From the NCBI GenBank assembly GCA_963822855.1, contig CAWGJE010000005.1, positions 81,622-145,621 on the forward strand: a DNA stretch of 64,000 bases, in the 5' to 3' direction. Each line of letters opens with the position of its first letter. Position 1 is the stretch's first letter. Shown one piece after another: positions 56,985-64,000 of the stretch. The notes beneath the pieces are model-generated. The model saw only the letters and a program-made list of their open reading frames with translations, was not told the DNA's origin and did no database searches. The position numbers and the translations under genes were made by a program. The DNA comes from an uncultured Solirubrobacterales bacterium. Lineage in GTDB: Bacteria; Actinomycetota; Thermoleophilia; Solirubrobacterales; Solirubrobacteraceae.

Positions 56985-59164
56985 CCAGCTCGACCGTGAG
57001 CGACGACGGCGCCGCCGCCGAGCGCTCGATCGTGTACACGCCGCCGGCGAGCTCGGGAAGCTGCTCGGGCAGTGGAGTGAGATGCGGGCTGTCGGTCGTC
57101 GAGAGCGTGAGCCGCAGGCTGTCGCCGGCCGCGATCGTGACGAGCGTCGGGAAGATCTGGATCTGGTACTCGGTCACCGCGCCGGCGGTCACCGGCTTGG
57201 CGGAGGCCTCCGTGTACGGGTGGTAGGGCAGCACCGTCATGCCGTCTGCCGTCCAGGATCGCTTCTTGTCGACGGTTCGGAGCGAGCCCAGCAGCGCACC
57301 CTCGGTGAGGGGATAGGCGGCGCCGCTCGGGGTGACGTCCTCGAGCTCGGCCACGAGCTCGGTCTCGGATGTCGTCGCGCTCGCGTACACGGTTGCGGCG
57401 ATCGGTCCGGCGACGGTCTCCGGGTGGGAGAACGGCGCGGAGGTGTAGCTGGTCGCCCACGGCCCCGTCTCCGAGACCCGATCGTCGCTGACGCACGGGC
57501 CGAGCAGCCCGGCCGTCCCTGATGGGACCGAGATGCCGCCCATCGACCATTGGTCGATCGGGCGTCCGCAGGGAGCGCCGCTCGGGCTCCAGGTGAGCGT
57601 GTCGCTCGTCGCGACCGGAAGCGACGCCGAGCCGGTGGCACCCCCAGAGCACGCTCGTCACCGGGGAGGTGACCCCGCCGAGGACACCCGTCAACGTTCC
57701 CGCCACGCCGGAGCCAGGTGCTGAGCCGGCGAGTGCCCCGCCGGCAGCGGTGGTCGCGGACGGGGCAGAGTTGGTGAGCGTCCCGCCGGGACCGAAGTAC
57801 AGCCGGGTGGGCGTGGCGCGGGTGAACGGATACGTCGAGGTCTCGTCGAACTGACCGCCACCGAGGTCGTAGTAGTGCAGCGGCGTCGGGGTCTTCGCCA
57901 TGCCGGTCCGCTCGTGCTTGAGCCAGGTGTCGAACCATTCGAGCTCGAGCGGATCGACGTCGACCGAGGAGCCGTTGAGGTGCTCCCAGGGGCCGACGAC
58001 CAGCTGGTAGCGCCCGGTCGTGCGCTGACCCGGCGCCATCGGCGCAGTCGCGCTGCGGCCGGCCCAGGCGTTCTGCAGCTCGGCGTAGTTGAGCGGCTCG
58101 CCGTTCTGGAAGATGTCGAACTCGCCGCCGATCAGGTAGGCGGGAATGTGGTTGGCGACGACGCGCGCCAGCACGTTCTGCGGGTTGCGGTTCTGCCAGT
58201 AGGAACCGTCGTAGGCCTCGTCGCCGCCGGTCAGAACGTTCTCGGTCGTCGCCGCGTGATAGCTCGCCAGCCCGTTGACGTGGTCCTCCTCGATCCCGGC
58301 GAGGTCCGACAACATCGTCGGGTCGCTCGCCGTATCCGTGATCGGGTTGCTCGTGTTCTCGGCGCCCGTGAGACCCAGGTACGTCTCGCTGAACTCGAAG
58401 TCGAGCAGCCCGCCCATGAACGACGTGTCCCGGTACAGGTCGTTGGCGCTGACCATCGGGAAGATCGCCTTCAGCGGCGAGTGCGGCCCCACCGCCCCGG
58501 CGAGCAGCAACTGGTCGATTCCGAGGTATGACGGTCCGTAAGTGCCGACGCGCCCATCCGAGTTCGGCAGGTGCGCCGCCCAGTCGAGCACCTTGATCGC
58601 GTCCTGCTGCTGCACGGGATCGAACAGCCCCCAACTGCCGTTCGAGTCGCCGCTGCCGCGAACGTCCTCGACGATCTCGATGTACCCGCGCTCGGCCAGG
58701 TAATCGTCCGCGCCCCCCGTGGGGCTCGAGCCGCCAGGCGAGGCTGCCGAGCCGGGGCTGCTCGAGCCGCCCTGGCCCTTGCCGTACGGCGTCATCGTCA
58801 GCAGGACGGGGAACGGCCCCTTCGCCGGCGCGCCGGCCGCGGTGGTCGGATAGATCTCGTTGACCCTGATCGTGGTGCCGCCCGCGCCCTTGATCGCGAT
58901 GTCGTTCGTCGACGCGGTTCCGTACGCGGCCGGCTCCGGGGTCCAGTGGCTTCCCGGAGCGGCGCTCGCCGCGACAACGCCCGCCGGAAGCGACGGATCA
59001 AGCCCGACCAGACTCGACGGAGCCGACTCGACCGCGGGCGCGCCGGCCGGAGGCGATGGGGTTACCGCGAGTGCCGGCGCGGAGCCGAGACCGGCGCAAG
59101 CAAGACCGATTCCGAGCGCAACCGCGCTCCTCACATTCACGTGCAGACGAGTGATTCCAGGCAT
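56977..59164 (-). pseudogene. Secreted CocE/NonD-family hydrolase interrupted by a single frameshift near 57646 (pseudogene or assembly indel)
   Basis: The N-part has TPYGK, DVRGSG.S.G, GPSYLG and GPWEH. The C-terminal domain (GPIAATVY, GDSLRLTL) continues in another frame. Confidence 0.82.
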
Positions 59165-59239
59165 CGGATGAGCCTCCCGCCCGACCGAATACCCGAAGCA
59201 CAGGTTTTCTAGACATCGGAACCGACCGCGACCGACGAC

Positions 59240-60100
59240 TCAGCTGAAGAACGCGAAGCTCCGCACCTCGATGCTGTGCCGCGGCACCGCCCCGTCCACG
59301 GTCGGATCGCGGAAAGCCGAGTGGAGCACCCGCCACGCACGGCGGTGATCTGAGTCGTTGAACACGAAGAACAGGATCTCGTCCCGAGTCATGTCCGGGA
59401 AGTACCACCACTCGTGGTCTGGGCTGAAGAGGAATTCCGAGCCGCTCGTGATCATCTTCGACTCGTCGACTACCGCAGCGAGCGGATCGTCCGGGATCCG
59501 GTCGACGAAGTACAGCTGGTTGGGCAGCCCCTCGTCGTCGCGGAGGCTGCGGAAGTCGCACAGCGCCAGCGGCCAGTCCTGCGGCGGGGGACTGAACACC
59601 CGCCAGAAGCTCGTCGCCAGCGCGCGGCGGTAGCCGGGGCCGTCCGGGAACCGCTCGGCGTACACGCGCGCCGCGGTCATCTCGGCGCCCTCGGGGCCGT
59701 AGTCGATGTGAACGAGCGCCGCCTGCGGCTGTGACCCATGCTCGGCGGGAGCGGCCGAGCGACGTAGCACCGCGCCGCGGGAGACGACCTCGTCGGCCCC
59801 GGTGCGCTCCTTGATGAACTCGACCACCTCGGGGATGTAGACGGCGTCCACCTCGGCCTTGTCGGTGAAATCGCCGACCGCGCTGCAGTGCGCCACGATC
59901 TCGAAGCCGTGCGTGTCCGTCCGGAAGGCGTCCTGCAACGACCGGCCGTTGCGGACCTGAACCGTGTGCGATTCGTATCTGCCGGTGTTGATGCTCGCGC
60001 CGGGAGCGGTGAACCGCCGCAGCACGGTCGATCCTGGCGCCAGGTACTGAAGCTCGCCCGGAACGCTCGTCACCGGATCGGTAGCGCCGCCCATCGTCAT
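59240..60100 (-). CDS. CmcJ/NvfI/AsaB-like oxidoreductase
   Basis: HGFE, VHIDY, WPLALCD, HEWWYFPDM..DE, HSAF.DP, RHSIEVR. Confidence 0.82.
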   Translation of the reverse strand: MTMGGATDPVTSVPGELQYLAPGSTVLRRFTAPGASINTGRYESHTVQVRNGRSLQDAFRTDTHGFEIVAHCSAVGDFTDKAEVDAVYIPEVVEFIKERTGADEVVSRGAVLRRSAAPAEHGSQPQAALVHIDYGPEGAEMTAARVYAERFPDGPGYRRALATSFWRVFSPPPQDWPLALCDFRSLRDDEGLPNQLYFVDRIPDDPLAAVVDESKMITSGSEFLFSPDHEWWYFPDMTRDEILFFVFNDSDHRRAWRVLHSAFRDPTVDGAVPRHSIEVRSFAFFS

Positions 60101-60224
60101 CGCTCGCCTCTTCTTCCTCGACCCTGGGTATGAACCTACCAGACGTCAAACCACCGTCCCGATCGTCTGGATCCCCGTGTTCTTAGAAGATCTCACTAAT
60201 GCGGCTTACCTTGCGCTGAGCGAT

Positions 60225-60848
60225 ATGAGCGGTCCGCGACACCTGTGGTCTGGCGATTGGGAGCTCGAGTCCTCGGCCCACCGAGACGAGCTTGCCCAGA
60301 ATCGGGGGCGTGCCCCGGTGCTCGCCGAACCCAAGCGCCCGGCGCCGGCGCCGCGCCCGCACAGACCGACCATTCGTGACCGGATCCGGGCGCTGCTCGC
60401 CCACATTCGCACGCTGTTTCGGCGCCTCGGAAGGATTCCCACAGGCACGGCGCGCCAGCGCCGCCTCGCGCTCGCGGCGGTGGCCGCGACGTTGCTGCTC
60501 GCCGGCGCCGCCTACGCCGTGGCGGCGTCGCTGAGCGGAAGCTCGAGTACGACCTCCGCGGCCACGATTGGATCCCAGGCCTGGCTCGGGATCGACGTCG
60601 CGAACACGCAACAAGGCGGGGTGATGGTCGTTGACGTCTTTCCGGGCAGCCCCGCGCAGGCGGCCGGGATGGAGCCGGGCGACGTGATCACACGGCTCAA
60701 CGGAAAGCCGGTCTTCTCCCCTTCCGATGTCACCTCGGCGATCGCCTCCATGCGCCCCGGCCAGCGCATCCAGCTCCAGTACCAGGGGAGCGGCGTGTCG
60801 TACTCGTCAAGCGTTCCCCTCGGGACGCGTCCCGCCGGGTATCCATGA
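60225..60848 (+). CDS. Single-TM protein with C-terminal PDZ domain and no protease domain
   Basis: AWLGI..GVMVVDVFPGSPAQAAGMEPGDVITRLNG..PGQRI. Alternative start 60177. Confidence 0.82.
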   Translation: MSGPRHLWSGDWELESSAHRDELAQNRGRAPVLAEPKRPAPAPRPHRPTIRDRIRALLAHIRTLFRRLGRIPTGTARQRRLALAAVAATLLLAGAAYAVAASLSGSSSTTSAATIGSQAWLGIDVANTQQGGVMVVDVFPGSPAQAAGMEPGDVITRLNGKPVFSPSDVTSAIASMRPGQRIQLQYQGSGVSYSSSVPLGTRPAGYP

Positions 60849-61801
60849 ACTTCGTCGACCCTGCCGTCCTGATCGCGCTGCTCGCGATCCCTTTGCTGAT
60901 CGTCTGGTACGTCCGCCAGCAGCACGGGCGCCGGAGCGCCGCGGCGGCGTTCGCGGCCCCCGCGCTCAGCGCGTCCGTGACGCCGCGCCGTCCGCGCTGG
61001 CGCCGGCACGTCCCGATGCTCGCGTTCGCGGTGGCGCTCGCGGTGCTGATCATCGCCGCGGCGCGGCCGGAGCGAACCGTCGCGGTGCCCGTCGACACGG
61101 CCTCGATCATGCTCGCCAACGACACCAGCGGCTCGATGGCGGCCACCGACGTGAAGCCCACGCGCCTTCAGGCCGCCGAGCGCGCGGCCAACCAATTCCT
61201 GGCCGGCGTACCCGCGTCGGCGCGGGTCGGCCTGATCGAGTTCAACACCCACGTGGCGGTGCTCCAGTCCCCGACCACCGATCACGCCCAGGTCAGCTCA
61301 GCGCTCACACAGCTCCGCGTGACCGGCGGGACCGCGATTGGCGACGCGCTGCAGACCGCCCTGCGGACCCTGGCCTCGGTTCCCAAGGAGGGCGGCAAGC
61401 AGCCGCCGGGGGCGATCTTGCTGCTGTCGGATGGCGCCTCGGACGTCGGCTCGGATCCGATCACGGCCGCCCAGCAGGCGGCCGCGAAGCACATCCCGAT
61501 CTATACCGTCGAGCTCGGGACTCCGGGTGGAACGGTCACCGAGAAGCGCGGCAACAGAACGATCACGGTGCCCGTGCCACCGAACCCGGCACAGCTCGCG
61601 GAGATTGCGCGCGTGTCTCACGGCCAGGCGTTCACCGCGCAGGACGCGAAAGGCCTCGACGCGATTTACACCCGTCTCAGCGCTGAGCTCGGACACAAGA
61701 AGGTCAAGCACGAGATGACCGCCAGCTTCGCCGGCGGAGGGCTCGCGCTGCTGCTGCTCGGCGGCGTCGCGTCGCTTGCCTGGTTCGGACGACTTATCTA
61801 G
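60845..61801 (+). CDS. BatA-like VWA-domain membrane protein
   Basis: MNF..P TM segment, MIDAS DTSGSM, GGTAIG, LLSDG, C-terminal TM. ATGA overlap. Confidence 0.9.
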   Translation: MNFVDPAVLIALLAIPLLIVWYVRQQHGRRSAAAAFAAPALSASVTPRRPRWRRHVPMLAFAVALAVLIIAAARPERTVAVPVDTASIMLANDTSGSMAATDVKPTRLQAAERAANQFLAGVPASARVGLIEFNTHVAVLQSPTTDHAQVSSALTQLRVTGGTAIGDALQTALRTLASVPKEGGKQPPGAILLLSDGASDVGSDPITAAQQAAAKHIPIYTVELGTPGGTVTEKRGNRTITVPVPPNPAQLAEIARVSHGQAFTAQDAKGLDAIYTRLSAELGHKKVKHEMTASFAGGGLALLLLGGVASLAWFGRLI

Positions 61802-61814
61802 ACAAGGAGAACAG

Positions 61815-62846
61815 ATGACCGATATCGACAATCCGGAAGCGCTGCGCGGCGAGGCGCGCGCGGCGCTGGGCGAGGCCCTGCACGAGATGAAACGCGTGAT
61901 TGTGGGGCAGGACGCGATGCTCGAGCGGCTGCTGGTCAGCCTGCTCGCCAGCGGCCACGTGCTGCTCGAAGGAGTCCCCGGTCTCGCCAAGACGCTCACG
62001 GTCAAGACGCTCGCGGCCGTGCTCGGCGGTTCCTACAGCCGGATCCAGTTCACCCCCGACCTCGTCCCCGCCGACCTCGTCGGCACGCGCGTCTACCGAC
62101 CCGACACGGCCAGGTTCGAGACCGAGCTCGGCCCGGTGTTCTGCAACTTCCTGCTCGCCGACGAGATCAACCGCGCGCCGGCCAAGGTGCAGTCGGCGCT
62201 CCTCGAGGTCATGCAGGAACAGCAGGTGACGATCGGCGGCAGCACGTATGAGGTTCCGCTCCCGTTCATCGTGATGGCGACGCAGAACCCGATCGAATCT
62301 GAGGGCACCTATCCGCTGCCCGAGGCTCAGGTCGATCGCTTCCTGATGAAGATCCTGGTCGACTACCCGAGCGCGGGCGAGGAGGCGGCGGTCGTCGGAC
62401 GCAGCCTGCGCGCGCCCGCCGATGTTCAAGAGCGCCTGTCGCTCCCCGGTCTGCGCCGGTACGCGGCCGCCGCCGGGACGGTGCTCGTCGATCGGGAGAC
62501 GATCGGCTACGCGGTCGCACTCGCCGATGCAACCCGACACCCCGCGACCTATGGGCTCCAGGACGTCGCGCCGATGATCGAGTTCGGCTCGAGCCCGCGC
62601 GGGCCGATCGGGCTGGTCCAGGCCGCGCGCGTGCTCGCGCTGCTCCGCGGCCGCGGTCACGTCGTACCCGACGACGTCCGCGATCTGGCGTCGGATGTGC
62701 TCCGGCACCGGATCGTGTTGTCCTACGACGCCCTCAGCGAGGGGGTCACCGCGGACCAGCTGCTCGAACGGATCCTCGCCGCCGTCCCCGAGCCGAACTC
62801 CGCGGACCTGATCCACGAGACGCCGACCGCGGTGAGGGCGCGGTGA
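61815..62846 (+). CDS. moxR: MoxR (MRP subfamily) AAA+ ATPase
   Basis: LLEGVPGLAKT, RIQFTPDLVPAD, LADEINRAPAKVQSALLE, ATQNPIE.EGTYPLPEAQ.DRF. Confidence 0.95.
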   Translation: MTDIDNPEALRGEARAALGEALHEMKRVIVGQDAMLERLLVSLLASGHVLLEGVPGLAKTLTVKTLAAVLGGSYSRIQFTPDLVPADLVGTRVYRPDTARFETELGPVFCNFLLADEINRAPAKVQSALLEVMQEQQVTIGGSTYEVPLPFIVMATQNPIESEGTYPLPEAQVDRFLMKILVDYPSAGEEAAVVGRSLRAPADVQERLSLPGLRRYAAAAGTVLVDRETIGYAVALADATRHPATYGLQDVAPMIEFGSSPRGPIGLVQAARVLALLRGRGHVVPDDVRDLASDVLRHRIVLSYDALSEGVTADQLLERILAAVPEPNSADLIHETPTAVRAR

Positions 62847-63751
62847 GCACGCCGGTGCTAGAGCCGCCGGCGGCGCGGCAGGGCCCAGGCCCGCTGGCGC
62901 AGCCGTTGATCGAGGCGCTCGACCTCGCGGTCACGCGGCTTGTGGCCCGGATGCTCCCGGGCGATCGGCGTGCCGCCGGCGTCGGCGTCGGCATGGAGCT
63001 CGCGCAGCTCCGCCCCTACGAGATCGGCGACGACGTGCGCCACATCGACCCCGCCGCCACCGCCCGGACCGGTCAGCCACACGTTCGCCTGCACGTGCCC
63101 GAACGCGCGATGACGACCTGGATCGTGCTCGACGTGTCGCCGTCGATGGCGTTCGGCACGACGCGCCGGCTGAAGGCGGACGTCGCCGAGGGCGTGGCGC
63201 TCGTGTTTGGGCGACTCGGCGTGCGGCGGGCCGGCAGCGTGGGCGTCGTCGCGTTCGGCGCCGCCGCCCCGCGAGTGCTTCCACCGCGTGGCGCCAAGCC
63301 CGGGCTCGTCGCGCTGCGGCGGATGCTCGCGGAGGGCGTCGCGCCCGACGGCCAGCAGCACGCCGACGCCATGGCCGACGCGCTTGCGCGGGTGGGGCGG
63401 ATGTCCCGTCAGCCCGGGCTCGTGGTCGCGATCAGCGACTGGCGCGATCAGCACGGATGGCAGCGGCCGTTGGCATCGCTTCGGTTTCGCCACTCGGTGC
63501 TCGCAGTTGAGGTCATCGATCCGCGCGAAGCCACGCTCCCGGCCGTTGGGCACCTCGCGCTGGTCGATCCGGAAAGCGGCGCCCGCGTCGACGTCGACAC
63601 CTCGAACCGCCGCGTGCGCGAGCGTTTCGCGAAGCTCGAGCGCGAGCGGCGAGACGAGCTGGCACGCGAGCTGCGTCGCCTCCGCATCGACCACGTCACG
63701 CTCGGCACCGATCAGGACTGGCTACTGGAGCTCGGGCACCACCTCCGATGA
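62843..63751 (+). CDS. DUF58 domain protein
   Basis: LRPYEIGDDVRHID, LDVSPSM.FG, ISDW, DPRE..LP. Confidence 0.9.
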   Translation: MSTPVLEPPAARQGPGPLAQPLIEALDLAVTRLVARMLPGDRRAAGVGVGMELAQLRPYEIGDDVRHIDPAATARTGQPHVRLHVPERAMTTWIVLDVSPSMAFGTTRRLKADVAEGVALVFGRLGVRRAGSVGVVAFGAAAPRVLPPRGAKPGLVALRRMLAEGVAPDGQQHADAMADALARVGRMSRQPGLVVAISDWRDQHGWQRPLASLRFRHSVLAVEVIDPREATLPAVGHLALVDPESGARVDVDTSNRRVRERFAKLERERRDELARELRRLRIDHVTLGTDQDWLLELGHHLR

Positions 63752-64000
63752 GCTTCGCGTCGCCACTGTGGCTGGGAGCCCTCGCGCTGATCCCGATCGC
63801 GATCGCGGCGGCGATCCTCGCGCGCCGGCGCTCGCGCCGTTACGCGGTTCGGTTCCCGGCGGTGTCGACGCTGGTGCTCGCGGCCGGCGCGGGAACTTCG
63901 TGGCGGCGCCACCTGCCGGCCGCGTTCGCGATCGCGGCGATCGCCGCGCTCGCGCTCGCGCTGGCTCGCCCGCGTATGAGCTACAGCGCCCCCACCAACC
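63748..64000 (+). CDS. BatA-like VWA-domain protein, 3'-truncated
   Basis: MSFASPLWLGALALIP..AVRFP..WRRHLP..LALARP. ATGA overlap with the DUF58 gene. Confidence 0.82.
   Translation, partial: MSFASPLWLGALALIPIAIAAAILARRRSRRYAVRFPAVSTLVLAAGAGTSWRRHLPAAFAIAAIAALALALARPRMSYSAPTN

Noticed and set aside
56921-57640. C-terminal tail of the 747-aa ORF as real protein
   Set aside because: It is out-of-frame sequence after the frameshift. The true domain is in the 56977-57543 frame.

Overview
Very GC-rich, gene-dense bacterial DNA. It is most likely actinobacterial, and the gene content plus sigma-28-like promoters suggest Thermoleophilia/Solirubrobacterales (inference). About 59 CDS are supported. 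I recognised no rRNA, tRNA, CRISPR array, transposase or integrase. Main blocks from left to right: hybrid histidine kinase with a REC-PAS-GAF-PP2C phosphatase; an hpaB-like monooxygenase; a short Ppx/GppA plus an HD-family protein whose HD motif reads HC; gpgS; a LAL regulator; a complete form II-like cox (molybdenum hydroxylase) cluster coxS-L-M-D-E-xdhC-mocA-coxG with an AIRGAGR active-site loop; a desaturase-cfa pair divergent from a family 1 encapsulin with ferritin-like cargo; MarR/BBE-oxidase/methyltransferase; ECF sigma, anti-sigma and a GT-C-like protein; PilZ and GGDEF genes; three CocE/NonD hydrolases (one frameshifted); a secreted phospholipase C/phosphoesterase beside a secreted allene-oxide-cyclase/dirigent-like protein; and a PDZ-VWA-MoxR-DUF58-VWA operon running off the right end. 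The best novelty candidates are the secreted AOC-like/PLC/esterase cluster, the HD-to-HC protein coupled to Ppx, the ECF/anti-sigma/GT-C module, the sigma-28-type promoters, and several structured intergenic elements. All family calls come from reading motifs by eye, not from database searches.
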